A stretch of DNA of 64,000 nucleotides from an uncultured Gemmatimonadales bacterium (GCA_963730185.1 CAVSQW010000007.1:480001-544000); one strand, 5' to 3'. Numbered from the stretch's first letter, positions 19,394 to 31,600 are shown. The notes: generated from the letters alone by a model not told the origin. Translations and numbers: made by a program.

Positions 19394-19617
19394 GCGGATG
19401 GAAACGGATCGCGGTGGCCGGGCTCGGACTGGCCCTGATCGGCTGTGCGGGCAAGAAGCCGGAAAAGACCGCTGCGACGTCCGATACGCTGACCACCCGT
19501 CAGCGGCAGGAGGCGATCGGCCGGAGCGGGCTGCCGGGCGCCAAGGCCATCAACAAGGCGCTCGAGGCGGCGGACTCGGAGGCGGCTCGGGTGGGGCGGC
19601 TGGACTCGATCCGCTGA
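19390..19617 (+). CDS. Small hypothetical lipoprotein
   Basis: ATGA overlap with the upstream gene; MSGWKRIAVAGLGLALIGC lipobox. Confidence 0.7.
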   Translation: MSGWKRIAVAGLGLALIGCAGKKPEKTAATSDTLTTRQRQEAIGRSGLPGAKAINKALEAADSEAARVGRLDSIR

Positions 19618-19664
19618 GCGGCCCCCGGGGGCGCGAACCAACCAACCAGTGAGCACAGGTGACG

Positions 19665-20996
19665 ATGACGAACGATAGCCGTGAGCGCCGTGGACCGGTC
19701 GGTCGGGGGTGGCTGAGGACCGTCGGGCTGATCGCGGTGGCGATCTCGGTGGGGGGCGGCCCGCAGGCTCTGTCGGCGCAGGGCGCGCCGGATCAGGCCG
19801 TGGTGCTCCGCCCGGCCGCGGTCTTCACCGGAACCGTGCTGGAGCGGGGCTGGAGCGTGGTGGTGGAGGGGAGCCGGATCACGGCGGCGGGCCCATCCGT
19901 GACCGCTCCCCGGGGCGCCAAGGTCGTTTCGCTGCCCGGGCTGACCCTGATCCCGGGGCTGATCGAGGCGCATTCGCACCTGCTCCTCCATCCCTACAAC
20001 GAGACCCCCTGGACCGACCAGGTCCTGAAGGAGCCCCTGGCTCTCCGGGTGGCGCGGGCGACGGTCCACGCCCGGAACACCCTGATGGCGGGCTTCACCA
20101 CGGTGCGCGATCTCGGCACCGAGGGGGCGGGCTACGCCGACGTGGGTCTGAAGCAGGCCATCGTCCAGGGGATCATCCCCGGCCCGCGGATGCTGGTGGT
20201 GACCCGGGCGATCGTGGCCACGGGAAGCTACGCCCCCAAGGGCTTCGACCCCCGCTGGGACGTCCCGCAGGGGGCCGAGGAGGCGGACGGCATCGAGGAC
20301 CTGACCCGGGTGGTGCGTGACCAGATCGGGAAGGGCGCCGACTGGATCAAGGTCTACGCCGACTATCGCTGGGGGCCGCACGGCGAGGCGGAGCCCACCT
20401 TTTCGGAGGAGGAGCTTCGGCGGATCGTCGAGACGGCCGCCAGCAGCGGCCGGAAGGTCGCGGCCCATTCGGTGACGCCCGAAGGGATGCGGCGGGCCAC
20501 GCTCGCCGGCGTCACCACGATCGAGCACGGCGACCAGGGCACGCCCGAGGTCTTTGCCCTGATGGCCGAGCGGGGGGTGGCGCTCTGCCCGACGGTGGCG
20601 GCGGGCGACGCGATCCTCCAGTACGGAGGCTGGCACAAGGGCGTCGATCCGGAGCCCGCGTCGATCGCGGCCAAGCGGGCCAGCTTCCAGGCGGCGATGG
20701 CGGCCGGGGTGACGATCATCAGCGGGAGCGATGTGGGCGTGTTCACCCATGGCGACAATGCCCGCGAGCTCGAGATCATGGTCGACTACGGCATGAGTCC
20801 GCTCAAGGCGCTGGAGGCGGCCACCAGCGCGGACGCCCGGGTGCTGGGCCTCGACGATCGGGGGCGGGTCGCCCCGGGCCTCCTGGCCGACCTGGTCGCG
20901 GTCGACGGCGACCCGACCGCCACGATCAGCGCGATCCGGAAGGTGAAGTGGGTGATGAAGGGTGGGGTCGTCTATCGGGACGACCTCTCGCATTGA
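19665..20996 (+). CDS. Amidohydrolase family protein (Xaa-Pro dipeptidase-like), secreted
   Basis: [35 protein letters not shown]; start uncertain. Confidence 0.88.
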   Translation: MTNDSRERRGPVGRGWLRTVGLIAVAISVGGGPQALSAQGAPDQAVVLRPAAVFTGTVLERGWSVVVEGSRITAAGPSVTAPRGAKVVSLPGLTLIPGLIEAHSHLLLHPYNETPWTDQVLKEPLALRVARATVHARNTLMAGFTTVRDLGTEGAGYADVGLKQAIVQGIIPGPRMLVVTRAIVATGSYAPKGFDPRWDVPQGAEEADGIEDLTRVVRDQIGKGADWIKVYADYRWGPHGEAEPTFSEEELRRIVETAASSGRKVAAHSVTPEGMRRATLAGVTTIEHGDQGTPEVFALMAERGVALCPTVAAGDAILQYGGWHKGVDPEPASIAAKRASFQAAMAAGVTIISGSDVGVFTHGDNARELEIMVDYGMSPLKALEAATSADARVLGLDDRGRVAPGLLADLVAVDGDPTATISAIRKVKWVMKGGVVYRDDLSH

Positions 20997-21012
20997 ACTC
21001 TTGGAGCCTCAG

Positions 21013-22689
21013 ATGACACGCGTTTCCCTGGGCCTGACGGCGTTGCTCGCGGGGGCCGTCGCACCGACCCTCGCGGCGCAGTCCCTCACCGACGTCCAAC
21101 GACAGCGGGTCGACAGCGTCTTCGCCGACTTCGACGGGACCAGCCGGCCCGGCTGCTCGCTCGGGATCGGGCGGAACGGGACGCCGGTCTACCTCCGCGG
21201 GTACGGGATGTCCGACCTCCAGCACAACCTGGCGATCACCCCACAGTCGATCTTCCACGTGGCGTCGGTGTCGAAGGAGTTCACCGCCTTCGCCATTGGG
21301 CTTCTGGCCGACGACGGCAAGCTCTCACTCGACGACGACGTCCACAAGTACCTCCCCGAGCTCCCGGACTACGGGAAGCCGATCACTCTCCGTCACCTGA
21401 TCTACCATACCAGCGGGATCCGCGATCAGTGGGAGCTGCTCGGATTGGCCGGCTGGCGGTACCCGGACGATCTCTTCACCCAGGAAGACGTGCTTCAGAT
21501 CGTGACCCGGCAGAAGCACCTCAACTTCGACCCCGGCGAGCAGTGGCTCTACAGCAACTCGGGCTACACCCTCCTCGCGATCATCGTGGAGCGGGTCTCC
21601 GGCAAGACGCTCCGCCGGTTCGCCGATGAACGGATCTTCCAGCCGCTGGGCATGACCCGGACCCAGGTTCACGACGACCACGCCCGGATCGTCGTCGACC
21701 GGACGTCCGCCTATGAGCGGGGGGACAGCGGGGTCTGGAAGATCAGCATCCCCGACTTCGACACCCACGGCGCCACCAGCCTCTTCACCACGGCCGCCGA
21801 CCTGCTCAAGTGGATGCACAACTTCGACGCCCCGACGGTGGGAAGCGCCGCGCTCATCCGAGACGCCCAGACCTCGTCCAAATTGAACAGCGGCAAGGAC
21901 ACCAATTACGCCTTCGGGCTCAGCCTCGAGACCTACCGGGGGGTCCGCGCGATCGGGCACGGTGGGGCCGACGCCGGCTATCGGGCCGACGTCGTCCGGT
22001 TCCCGGACGAGGGGCTCGAGGTGAGCGTCCTCTGCAACTTTGCGGAGGCAACCCCGAACCGCTATTCGCGAGCGGTGGCCGATGTGCTGCTGAACGGCAA
22101 GCTCGGGCCCCGCGACGAAGTGGCGCCGGTCCCGACCGGGATCGCGCTGTCCGACGCGCAGCTCGATGAGGTGGCCGGCGTGTACCGGACCCCCGGCACC
22201 GACCAGGCCTGGCTCCTCCGACGGCAGGACGGGAAGCTCACCCTGGTGAATTTCCAGCTGCCGCTGGCACCGATCGACGCCCGCCGCTTCACCGCGGCCG
22301 GCGTGGTGGCCGAGTTCACGGGGCCGGAGGGACAGCCGGCCACGGGCGCGACCCTTCGGGTCGGCCGCCAGGTGATCGACTCGATGGTCCGGGCGCCCTT
22401 CTTCGCGCCGTCGCGCGCCCAGCTCGCCGCCTTTGCCGGCGAGTACTGGAGCGACGAGCTCCAGATCTGGTATCGGGTCGAGCTGGCCGATTCCGGTCTG
22501 GTGCTCCACCGACCCAAGTTCCCGACTCGGCCGATGACCCCGGCCTTCGCGGACGCGTTCTTGGTCCCCGGCACCGGCACGCTCCGGTTCGCGAGGGAAA
22601 AGGGGCGTCCGGCCCGGTTCTTCGTGACCGGCGGACGAGTGCGCGGGGTCGAGTTCCGGCGAGGCACGGAAGGGAGCATGTCGCGATAG
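21013..22689 (+). CDS. Serine hydrolase (beta-lactamase/D-aminopeptidase family), secreted
   Basis: Signal peptide; ASVSKEF, YSNSGY, HGGAD. Confidence 0.9.
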   Translation: MTRVSLGLTALLAGAVAPTLAAQSLTDVQRQRVDSVFADFDGTSRPGCSLGIGRNGTPVYLRGYGMSDLQHNLAITPQSIFHVASVSKEFTAFAIGLLADDGKLSLDDDVHKYLPELPDYGKPITLRHLIYHTSGIRDQWELLGLAGWRYPDDLFTQEDVLQIVTRQKHLNFDPGEQWLYSNSGYTLLAIIVERVSGKTLRRFADERIFQPLGMTRTQVHDDHARIVVDRTSAYERGDSGVWKISIPDFDTHGATSLFTTAADLLKWMHNFDAPTVGSAALIRDAQTSSKLNSGKDTNYAFGLSLETYRGVRAIGHGGADAGYRADVVRFPDEGLEVSVLCNFAEATPNRYSRAVADVLLNGKLGPRDEVAPVPTGIALSDAQLDEVAGVYRTPGTDQAWLLRRQDGKLTLVNFQLPLAPIDARRFTAAGVVAEFTGPEGQPATGATLRVGRQVIDSMVRAPFFAPSRAQLAAFAGEYWSDELQIWYRVELADSGLVLHRPKFPTRPMTPAFADAFLVPGTGTLRFAREKGRPARFFVTGGRVRGVEFRRGTEGSMSR

Positions 22690-22711
22690 CGTCGTGGGGG
22701 CGGAGGCGGGC

Positions 22712-22741
22712 TTGACTCGGCTGGCGGCGGGCCGCTAGCAT
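22712..22741 (+). promoter_or_regulatory. Possible sigma70 promoter of DUF1015-serA-serC
   Basis: TTGACT-N18-TAGCAT. Confidence 0.4.
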
Positions 22742-22777
22742 GCCAAGCTTCGATGGTTTTGGTGCTGAACCTCGGCT

Positions 22778-24019
22778 TTGAAGGGAACCGCCATCCGCCT
22801 CCGTCCGTTCCGCGCCTGGCGCCCCGACCCCGCGATCGCCGCCCGCGTCGCCGCGCCTCCGTACGACGTCGTTTCTCGCTCGGAAGCCGCCGAGCTGGCC
22901 CAGGGCAACCCCTTCAGCTTTCTCCGGGTAGGCCGGTCGGACATCGACCTGCCGCCCGACCTCGATCCCCACGACGAGCGGGTCTATCTCAAGGCGCGGG
23001 ACAACCTTCGCGCCTTCATGATCGACGGGACGCTCATCCAGGAGCCCACCCCGTCGCTCTACCTCTACGAGCTGACCCTTGGCGCTCGTTCGCAGGTGGG
23101 CGTGGTGGGGTGCGTCAACATCGACGACTATGAGCAAGACGTCATCCGGAAGCACGAGCGGACCCGGAAGGACAAGGAAGATGACCGGACCCGCCACGTC
23201 CTGACGCTGGGGGCCAACGCCGAGCCGGTGTTCCTGACCTTCAGCGGCCAGCCGATCATCGACCGGCTCAACGCGGTCGAGATGGCCGGTCGGCCGCTCT
23301 ACGACTTCAGCTCGGCCGATAGGGTGCGCCATCGGGTCTGGCGGATCGGGAATGTCGAGCCCTACGTCGACGCCTTTCGCCGAATCCCGGTGGCCTACGT
23401 CGCGGACGGCCACCACCGCTCCGCCAGCGCCTGGCGGGCCGGGCGGGAGCTCCGGGCCGAGAATCCGCACCACACCGGCGACGAGGAGTACAACTGGTTT
23501 CTGGCCGTCCTGTTCCCGGCCAACCAGCTTGCCATCCTGCCGTACAACCGGGTGGTGAAGGACCTCAACGGGCTCTCCCCCGAGGCGCTCCTGGCCCGAC
23601 TCGCGGAGCTGGGCTCGGTGGCACCGACCGCGAACCCCTCGCCCGAGCGCTCGGGCGTCATCGCGGTGTACCTGGATGGCGCCTGGCACCGTCTCGAGCT
23701 CGATCCGGCGTCGATCAACACCGAGGATCCGATCAAGTCGCTCGATGCCGATCTCCTCTACGATCGGATCCTCGAGCCGATTCTCGGGATCGGCGACATC
23801 CGAAGCGACCCCCGGATCGATTTCGTGGGGGGCGGTCGGGGCACGGCCGAGCTCGAGCGGCGGGTCGACTCGGGCGAGGCGGCCGTCGCGTTCTCGCTGT
23901 ACCCCGTTCAGATCGAGCAGGTGATGGCGGTCTCGGACGGCGGGGGGATCATGCCTCCCAAGAGCACCTGGTTCGAGCCCAAGCTCAAGAGCGGGCTCTT
24001 CGTTCACACCCTCGACTGA
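22778..24019 (+). CDS. DUF1015 family protein
   Basis: PPYDVV, KHERT, YVADGHHR, MPPKSTWFEPKLKSGL; adjacent to serA/serC. Confidence 0.9.
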   Translation: MKGTAIRLRPFRAWRPDPAIAARVAAPPYDVVSRSEAAELAQGNPFSFLRVGRSDIDLPPDLDPHDERVYLKARDNLRAFMIDGTLIQEPTPSLYLYELTLGARSQVGVVGCVNIDDYEQDVIRKHERTRKDKEDDRTRHVLTLGANAEPVFLTFSGQPIIDRLNAVEMAGRPLYDFSSADRVRHRVWRIGNVEPYVDAFRRIPVAYVADGHHRSASAWRAGRELRAENPHHTGDEEYNWFLAVLFPANQLAILPYNRVVKDLNGLSPEALLARLAELGSVAPTANPSPERSGVIAVYLDGAWHRLELDPASINTEDPIKSLDADLLYDRILEPILGIGDIRSDPRIDFVGGGRGTAELERRVDSGEAAVAFSLYPVQIEQVMAVSDGGGIMPPKSTWFEPKLKSGLFVHTLD

Positions 24020-24031
24020 CCCCGTACTCCC

Positions 24032-25240
24032 ATGACGCGTGTATTGATCGCCGACAAGTTCGAGAAGGTCGGCGTTGACGGACTCAAGGACATCGGTTGC
24101 GAGGTTATCCAACGCCCGGATGCCAAGGCCGACGACCTGCCGGCGCTGGTCAAGGAGCTCGACCCCAGGATCCTGGTGGTCCGGAGCACCAAGGTCACCG
24201 AGGCGGCGCTCTCCGCCGGACCCCGGCTCTCGCTGGTCATCCGGGCCGGTGCCGGGATCGACACGATCGACGTGAAGGCGGCCTCCCGGCTCGGCATCTT
24301 CGTCGCCAACTGCCCTGGCAAGAACGCCATCGCGGTGGCCGAGCTGGTGCTCGGGCTGTTGTTGTCGTGCGACCGGCGAATCCCCGACCAGGTGGCGGAC
24401 CTTCGCCAGGGCAGTTGGAACAAGGCGGAGTTCGCCAAGGCGCGAGGCCTTAACGGGCGCACCCTCGGCATCATCGGTCTCGGCCAGATCGGCAAGGAGG
24501 TCGCCCGGCGGGCCTTGGCCTTCGGGATGAAGGTGGTGGCCTGGTCGCGCCAGCTCACCATCGAGGAGGCCGAGGAGCTCGGGATCGGCTACGCCCAAAC
24601 GCCCCTCGACGTGGCCCGAGTCGCCGACGCCGTGTCGATCAACGTCGCGGCCACCGGGGAGACGAAGGAGCTCGTCAATCGCGAGTTCCTGGCGGCGATG
24701 CGGCCCGGGGCGTATCTGATCAATACGTCGCGCGGCACCGTGGTCGACGAGGCCGCCCTCCTCGAGGCGATCCAGACCCAGGGTCTCCGCGCGGGGCTCG
24801 ACGTCTATCAGGGCGAGCCCGGCACCAGCAAAGGCACCTTCGACTCCGCCCTCGCCAAGTCCCCCGGGGTCTTCGGGACCCACCACATCGGCGCGTCGAC
24901 CGACCAGGCGCAGGTGGCCATCGCTCACGAAGCGATCCGGATCGTGCAGCAGTACCTCGACACCGGGGTCGCGCCGCACTGTGTGAACCGGCTGGCCAAG
25001 AGCTCGGCCACGCACGTGCTCGCCGTCCGCCACCAGAACCGGCCCGGCGTGCTGGCGCACGTCTTCCGGGTGCTCTCCGACAGCGCGATCAACGTCGAGG
25101 AGGTGGAGAACCTGGCGTACCACGGGGCCGAGGCGGCCTGCGCCCGGATCCACGTCTCGGGCAAGCCAACCGACGGCGCGCTGGACGCGATCCGAAGCGG
25201 GAACCCCAACGTGATCAGCGTGGAGCTGGCGGGGCTGTAG
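24032..25240 (+). CDS. serA: D-3-phosphoglycerate dehydrogenase with ACT domain
   Basis: RAGAGID, NAIAVAE, GLGQIG, INTSRG, HIGAST, C-terminal HQNRPGVLA. Confidence 0.85.
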   Translation: MTRVLIADKFEKVGVDGLKDIGCEVIQRPDAKADDLPALVKELDPRILVVRSTKVTEAALSAGPRLSLVIRAGAGIDTIDVKAASRLGIFVANCPGKNAIAVAELVLGLLLSCDRRIPDQVADLRQGSWNKAEFAKARGLNGRTLGIIGLGQIGKEVARRALAFGMKVVAWSRQLTIEEAEELGIGYAQTPLDVARVADAVSINVAATGETKELVNREFLAAMRPGAYLINTSRGTVVDEAALLEAIQTQGLRAGLDVYQGEPGTSKGTFDSALAKSPGVFGTHHIGASTDQAQVAIAHEAIRIVQQYLDTGVAPHCVNRLAKSSATHVLAVRHQNRPGVLAHVFRVLSDSAINVEEVENLAYHGAEAACARIHVSGKPTDGALDAIRSGNPNVISVELAGL

Positions 25241-25294
25241 GCGGTGGGAGGTGGGGGGATCGGGGGGGCGACCACACTCAACGGGACGGGCGGG

Positions 25295-26377
25295 ATGCGG
25301 GTTCACAACTTCAATGCCGGGCCGGGGACGCTCCCCGAATCCGTGCTCAAGCAAGCGCAGCAGGACGTCTGGGACATCGGCGGTTCCGGGATGGGCATCA
25401 TGGAGCACAGCCATCGGGGCAAGCTGTTCTCCAAGGTCATCGCCGAGGCCGAGGCCGACGCCCGCCGGCTGGCGGACATCCCCGACGACTACGACGTGTT
25501 GTTCGTTCAGGGCGGCGCCAGCCAGCAGTTCGCGATGGTGCCGATGAACCTGCTGGCGGCGGGACGCACGGCCGACTACCTGGTGACCGGGTCCTGGAGC
25601 CAGAAGGCGCTCAAGGAAGCCAAGCTCTTCGGCGCCACGCACGTCGCCGCGACCGGTGAGGCCGGCAATTTCGGCGAGATCCCCTCGCCCGGATCGATCC
25701 GGTTCTCCCCGGATCCGGTCTACGTCCACGTCACCACCAACAACACGATCTTCGGCACCGAGTGGCCCACCGAGCCACCGGTTCCCGAAGGCGTGCCGCT
25801 GGTGGCCGATGCGTCGAGCGACATCTTCTCCCGTCTGATCGACGTCCGGAAGTACGGCTTGATCTACGCCGGCGCCCAGAAGAACCTGGGACCGTCGGGC
25901 ATCGTGCTGGTGATCGTCCGGAAGGATCTGGTCGACCGGGGTCCGTCGACCCTGGCCACCATGCTGCAGTACCGGACCTACGCCAAGAACCAGTCGCTCT
26001 ACAACACCCCGCCCACCCTCGCCATCTACATGGTGGGCCTGGTCCTCAAGTGGATCCTGGAGACCGGCGGTCTGGTCGCGATGGGGGAGCGCAACGCCGA
26101 GAAGGCGGGGCTCCTGTACCGGTTCCTCGAGCAGAGCGAGTTCTACCGGACCACGGCGGCCCCGACCAGCCGCTCCCTCATGAACGTCTGCTTCCGGGCG
26201 CCGAGCGAGGAGTTGGAGGCCAAGCTGGTGGCCGAGGCCGAGAAGCGAGGATTGGCCGGGCTCAAGGGGCACCGCTCGGTGGGTGGGATGCGGGCCAGCA
26301 TCTACAACGCCTGCCGGCGGGACAGCGTGGCGGCCCTGGTGGAGTTCCTTCAGGAGTTCGAGCGGGCCAACCGTTAG
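25295..26377 (+). CDS. serC: Phosphoserine aminotransferase
   Basis: [50 protein letters not shown]. Confidence 0.95.
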   Translation: MRVHNFNAGPGTLPESVLKQAQQDVWDIGGSGMGIMEHSHRGKLFSKVIAEAEADARRLADIPDDYDVLFVQGGASQQFAMVPMNLLAAGRTADYLVTGSWSQKALKEAKLFGATHVAATGEAGNFGEIPSPGSIRFSPDPVYVHVTTNNTIFGTEWPTEPPVPEGVPLVADASSDIFSRLIDVRKYGLIYAGAQKNLGPSGIVLVIVRKDLVDRGPSTLATMLQYRTYAKNQSLYNTPPTLAIYMVGLVLKWILETGGLVAMGERNAEKAGLLYRFLEQSEFYRTTAAPTSRSLMNVCFRAPSEELEAKLVAEAEKRGLAGLKGHRSVGGMRASIYNACRRDSVAALVEFLQEFERANR

Positions 26378-27069
26378 GCGATCTCCGCCGCCGGGGGCGG
26401 CGCCTCGGTGAAGTCGGCGCGCCGCGCCATCCGGCCGGACGCGAAGCCGGCGATCGTGTCGTAGAGGGCGTGTACCACGATCGCCGGCACCAGCGACCCC
26501 GTCACCAGCACCAGGCCGTGAAAGCCGACCGCGATCGCGAAGACGATCGCGGCGGCCCGCCATCCCTGGACCGCGTGCCCCACCGCGAACGCCAGGGCGG
26601 CGAGGCCGACGGCCGCGAGCGGTGAACCGGTCACCGAGACCAGGAGCAGATAGAGCACGCCGCGATAGGTGATCTCCTCGCTCACCCCGGCCAGCGCGCT
26701 CACCACGACCCAGAGGCCGTGCTCGGGGCGGGTCATCGGGCTGGCGAGGAGCACCCGCCGGTCGCGGCTCCGGATCCGGCGCCGCCACTCCGGGGCCAAG
26801 ATCGCGACGCTCACCACCAGAAACGCCCCGGCCAGGAGCCAGCCCCGCCCGTCCGGCGGCGCGACGGAGAGCGGAAGGCCGGCGCTCCACGCGACCAGCA
26901 GCGAGAATCCCAGAAAGACCGTCTGCTGGAGAATCACCGTGGCGTAGAAGACCGGTCGTGGTGGCAGGGGCATCGCCCCGATGCGCTGCAGGCTCCGCAC
27001 CCCCAGGACCGGCACCGCGATCCCGAACCAGACGATGTGCGCGATGCCGGCCGGGCCCGGAATGGTCAT
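26374..27069 (-). CDS. CPBP (CAAX/Abi) intramembrane metalloprotease
   Basis: EEITYRG, FAVGH, HALYD; multiple TM segments. Confidence 0.85.
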   Translation of the reverse strand: MTIPGPAGIAHIVWFGIAVPVLGVRSLQRIGAMPLPPRPVFYATVILQQTVFLGFSLLVAWSAGLPLSVAPPDGRGWLLAGAFLVVSVAILAPEWRRRIRSRDRRVLLASPMTRPEHGLWVVVSALAGVSEEITYRGVLYLLLVSVTGSPLAAVGLAALAFAVGHAVQGWRAAAIVFAIAVGFHGLVLVTGSLVPAIVVHALYDTIAGFASGRMARRADFTEAPPPAAEIA

Positions 27070-27088
27070 GACCGGAGCCGAGCCCGGG

Positions 27089-27505
27089 TCAGGCGGCCAG
27101 CGCCGCGGCCTGCCGGCGGACCCGCTGGACGATGGCGGTGAGCCCCTGAGTGCGCATCATCCCCAGGGCTTCGTCCAGGCCGAGCTGGTGGAGGAGGTCG
27201 GGGGGCAGAGTGGCGGCCACGGTGGGGGGGCGCCCGTCGAGTGCCTGGACCAGGAGGCCGACGAATCCCCGCACCGTCGGCGACTCCCGGGGGACGTCGG
27301 CCTGGAGCCGAAGGGCGTCGCCCTCCCGCTCGAACCAGAGAAAAACCGGGGTCTGGCACTCGGTGACCCGATGTCCCTCCCGGTCTCGATCAGCCTGGAG
27401 CCGATCGGGGAGGTCCGGCAGCTTCCGGGCCGCGTCGAGCAACGCCTCGAGGCGGGTCGCCTTGTCGGCGGCCTTGAAGCGTCGGATCATCTGGTCGAGC
27501 TCCAT
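27089..27505 (-). CDS. SufE family sulfur-acceptor protein
   Basis: RVTECQTPVF, ESPTVRGF, MRTQGL. Confidence 0.85.
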   Translation of the reverse strand: MELDQMIRRFKAADKATRLEALLDAARKLPDLPDRLQADRDREGHRVTECQTPVFLWFEREGDALRLQADVPRESPTVRGFVGLLVQALDGRPPTVAATLPPDLLHQLGLDEALGMMRTQGLTAIVQRVRRQAAALAA

Positions 27506-27552
27506 CGGCAAACCTCTGACATTCCGGCCGGTTCCAATCTACACTACGAGCC

Positions 27553-28422
27553 ATGACACCTACCCTTGCCGGTCCCGTCGTCTCCACCGCGTGGCTCGCC
27601 GCGCACCTCGCCGATCCTGCCGTCGTGGTGGTCGACGCCTCGTGGTACCTGCCCGCGACGAATCGCGACCCCCGGGACGAATACCGAGCCGCTCACCTGC
27701 CCGGCGCCGTCTTCTGGGACCTCGACGCGCTGAGCCGCCAGGACACGTCGCTCCCCCACATGCTTCCCGATCCGGTCACCTTCGCCCGGCAGGCCGGGCG
27801 GCTCGGGATCGGCAACGACAGCGTCGTGGTCGTCTACGACGGCTCTGGCGCCAACCTGAGCGCCCCCCGAGTGTGGTGGGAGCTCCGATTGCACGGCCAC
27901 GACCGGGTGGCGGTGCTGGACGGCGGGATGGCCAAGTGGCGGGCGGAGGGCCGGCCAGTCGACGCCGGCCTGGTGACCCGGGAGCCCACCTCGTTCGACG
28001 TGAAGCTCCGGCCCGGTCTGCTCCGGTCGCTCGAGGAGGTACGGGCGGCGATCGGGACCGACGCGCAGCTGTTGGACGCCCGCTCCCGCGGCCGGTTCGA
28101 GGCCACCGAGCCCGAGCCCCGGCCGGGAATCCGGGGCGGGCACGTGCCCGGTTCCCGGTGTGTGCCCTACGGCGACCTGGTGACCCCGGACGGCACCCTC
28201 AAGTCCCCGACGGAGCTTCGCCGTCTCTTTGCGGCGGCCGGCATCGACCTCGATCGCCCGGTGACCACCAGCTGCGGCTCGGGCGTCTCGGCCTGCGCCC
28301 TGGCGCTGGCGGTGAACCTGGCCGGCGGATCGGATGCGGCGGTCTACGACGGCTCGTGGACCGAGTGGGGGGGGCGGGAGGACACGCCGATCGAGACGGG
28401 AGCGCCGTCCGAGGGGAGCTAG
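27553..28422 (+). CDS. sseA: 3-mercaptopyruvate sulfurtransferase
   Basis: DASWYLP, HMLP, DARSRGRF, CGSGVSA active loop, YDGSWTEW. Confidence 0.9.
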   Translation: MTPTLAGPVVSTAWLAAHLADPAVVVVDASWYLPATNRDPRDEYRAAHLPGAVFWDLDALSRQDTSLPHMLPDPVTFARQAGRLGIGNDSVVVVYDGSGANLSAPRVWWELRLHGHDRVAVLDGGMAKWRAEGRPVDAGLVTREPTSFDVKLRPGLLRSLEEVRAAIGTDAQLLDARSRGRFEATEPEPRPGIRGGHVPGSRCVPYGDLVTPDGTLKSPTELRRLFAAAGIDLDRPVTTSCGSGVSACALALAVNLAGGSDAAVYDGSWTEWGGREDTPIETGAPSEGS

Positions 28423-28432
28423 GCCGGGACGC

Positions 28433-29992
28433 CTAGCGGCACTTGGCCGCCAGCTGCCGAGGGATCGGGTGGTGCGGGAGAAGCGCGGCGGCCCGCCGGG
28501 CATGGACGGCCGCCTCGGGACAGGACGTCCGGAGCGCCAGCAGGATCTCAAGGCGGTAGCTCGCCGGGTCGTAGCGGACCGCCCGCTCCAATCGGGATCG
28601 CGGTGAGCCCGTGCCCGCGGTGAGGATCGAGGCGAGCTGGGTGCCGCTTCGCAGGCCGGCGGCCAGCACGACCAGCGCGACGGCGCCGAGGACCCATCGC
28701 CGCCGACGTCCCTCCAGCGTCGCGACCGGGCGCGTCGCGGGGAGGAGCGCGCCTAAGCTCACCATCACCACGAACGTCGGCGGTGCCAGCAAGAGCACCG
28801 CGTCGAAGAGCCCCTCCACCGAGGCCGCCGTCACCAGGCCGACCGCCGCCAACCCGGCCAGGGCGGCGCCGCTCTCCGGGCTCGCGCTCCGCCGGACCGC
28901 GATCACCACGAACCCGAAGAGCGCCAGCGCGAGCAGGAGCCCGCCGGCCGGACCCCGCTCCGCCACGGTCGCCACCCAGTCACTGCTCGGCCACGGGTTG
29001 GTGGGCATCGGGTCGACCGCGTCGTAGGACGGATCGCCCGGGGTCGTCACCAACGGGTAGAGCACCGGCCAGTTGCCCGGCCCGGTCCCGAGCAGGGGAT
29101 CGCGCTCGACCAGCTTGAGGCTGTTCCGATACTGCACCAGGCGCCCCCGCCCGGAGCCTTCCTGATAGCTCAGCACCCGGCGGAGGGAGTCGCGGTACGG
29201 GGTCGACGACTTCCAGTCGAGCTGGTTCGGGATCACCAGCGCTCCCAACGTCCCCAACCCCAGCGCGAGAGCCAGCTGTCCCAGGCGCCGGCGGGGGATC
29301 CGAGGCTCCCGGCCCCGTCTGGTCAGGAGACCCACTAGGACGGCGACGGCGGTTGTCGCCACGAGGCCGAGCCAGGCCGCCCGCGATCGGGACATCACGA
29401 CCGCTCCCATCATCGTGGCCAGCGCCAGGGACCAGACCGCCACGCTTGCCCGGCGGGTCGAGGTCACGAAGAGCCAGGCGGCGAGCGGCAGGCCGATCAC
29501 CATCAGGTGGGCCATGAAGTTCCGGTTGCCGAACGTGCCGCCGGGAGCCCGGGCCTCGGTCAGCAGCTCGGAGGAGTAGCCATAGGCCTGCGCCAGCCCG
29601 GTGGCGCCGCCGGCCAGCACCGCCAGGGTGAGGGCGATCACCACCGGCCGGGGGCCGATCCCCTCGGCCACGACCCGCCCGCCGAAGTAGACGACCAGGC
29701 CGGAGGCGGTGATCCCGAGCGCCCGGATGGCCATCCAGTGGTTCGTCGCGAAGGCGGCCGACAGCGCTGACCAACCCACGAACAGGCCGAGCAGCGTTTC
29801 GGCCAGGCCGAGCTCAAAGCGCTTGCGCCGGGCGAGGATGAGGGGAAGCAGCGCCAGAGCCGTCAGATGGAGCACCAGCTCCTTCGGCACCCCGAAGCGG
29901 TCGAGGTCGAAGAGCGTCGACGGCACGGCGGCCAACACCGCGCCCAGGCCGCCGAGCGCGACCAGCACCAGACCGAGCCAGGAGACGAGCAT
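28433..29992 (-). CDS. O-antigen ligase (Wzy_C) family membrane protein
   Basis: Many TM helices; GTFGNRN, SRSRAAWLG, PLLGTGPG. Confidence 0.8.
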   Translation of the reverse strand: MLVSWLGLVLVALGGLGAVLAAVPSTLFDLDRFGVPKELVLHLTALALLPLILARRKRFELGLAETLLGLFVGWSALSAAFATNHWMAIRALGITASGLVVYFGGRVVAEGIGPRPVVIALTLAVLAGGATGLAQAYGYSSELLTEARAPGGTFGNRNFMAHLMVIGLPLAAWLFVTSTRRASVAVWSLALATMMGAVVMSRSRAAWLGLVATTAVAVLVGLLTRRGREPRIPRRRLGQLALALGLGTLGALVIPNQLDWKSSTPYRDSLRRVLSYQEGSGRGRLVQYRNSLKLVERDPLLGTGPGNWPVLYPLVTTPGDPSYDAVDPMPTNPWPSSDWVATVAERGPAGGLLLALALFGFVVIAVRRSASPESGAALAGLAAVGLVTAASVEGLFDAVLLLAPPTFVVMVSLGALLPATRPVATLEGRRRRWVLGAVALVVLAAGLRSGTQLASILTAGTGSPRSRLERAVRYDPASYRLEILLALRTSCPEAAVHARRAAALLPHHPIPRQLAAKCR

Positions 29993-30075
29993 CGCGCGGA
30001 TTGTAGACGGCGGCGCCTCGGGGGCAAAGTCCGGAGCCGTGCGGCTACATTACCGGGATGGTAGAGGAACCGGGC

Positions 30076-30642
30076 ATGGACGACGACATGGTGCTGGCGG
30101 CGACGGATCGGCCGGTACCCCTGAGTGTACGACGGATCGACGACGATCGGGTGCCGGAGGGGCTGGTGGGGTTGGGGTCGTTTCTCGACCAGCGCTTGAT
30201 CGCCCGCTGTGCCGTCCCGACCGATGTCGCGGCGATGATCGAGGAGCAGGAGCTGTTCGAGCAGCCGGTGCAGCTGGTGCTGGCTGCGCGGGAGGAAGCG
30301 CCCGGCCTCCAGTGCCGGCTTTTCGCGGTGGTCGAGGTCCCTCAGGGCCGGGAGGACGAGCCCCGGGAGCCCTGGGCCGACTCCGTGCCCGGCGCGGGAT
30401 TCGACCAGGAGAACGAGGAGGACGAGGAAGATGCGGAGCCGGCCCAGGCGATGGTCTTCCTGGGGCAGATCATCCGGTTCGAGCGCGACCGCCGGCACAA
30501 AGAGAGCCTCGCCCTCGAAACCGCGGACGTGCTCCGGCGGATCGTCGAGGGGCAGGCGGTCGAGGTGGTGGACAAGGTCATCGAGGACCTCACGAACGGC
30601 TCGGATCACGACCCCGGCGAGCAAGGGCCCGCGTCGGCTTGA
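30076..30642 (+). CDS. Hypothetical acidic protein
   Basis: ORF with typical codon usage; start 30058 or 30076. Confidence 0.6.
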   Translation: MDDDMVLAATDRPVPLSVRRIDDDRVPEGLVGLGSFLDQRLIARCAVPTDVAAMIEEQELFEQPVQLVLAAREEAPGLQCRLFAVVEVPQGREDEPREPWADSVPGAGFDQENEEDEEDAEPAQAMVFLGQIIRFERDRRHKESLALETADVLRRIVEGQAVEVVDKVIEDLTNGSDHDPGEQGPASA

Positions 30643-30697
30643 CTTTCCCCGGACGGTTCTCGTACTTACGCGCCCACGCTGGGCGGGAGGGTCGGCA

Positions 30698-31573
<876 letters not shown>

Positions 31574-31600
31574 GCCCGACTTCCGACGGGTGGTGTCCCG

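Noticed and set aside
22316..26890. 1524-aa minus-strand ORF
   Set aside because: Antisense shadow of DUF1015-serA-serC in high-GC DNA; no motifs
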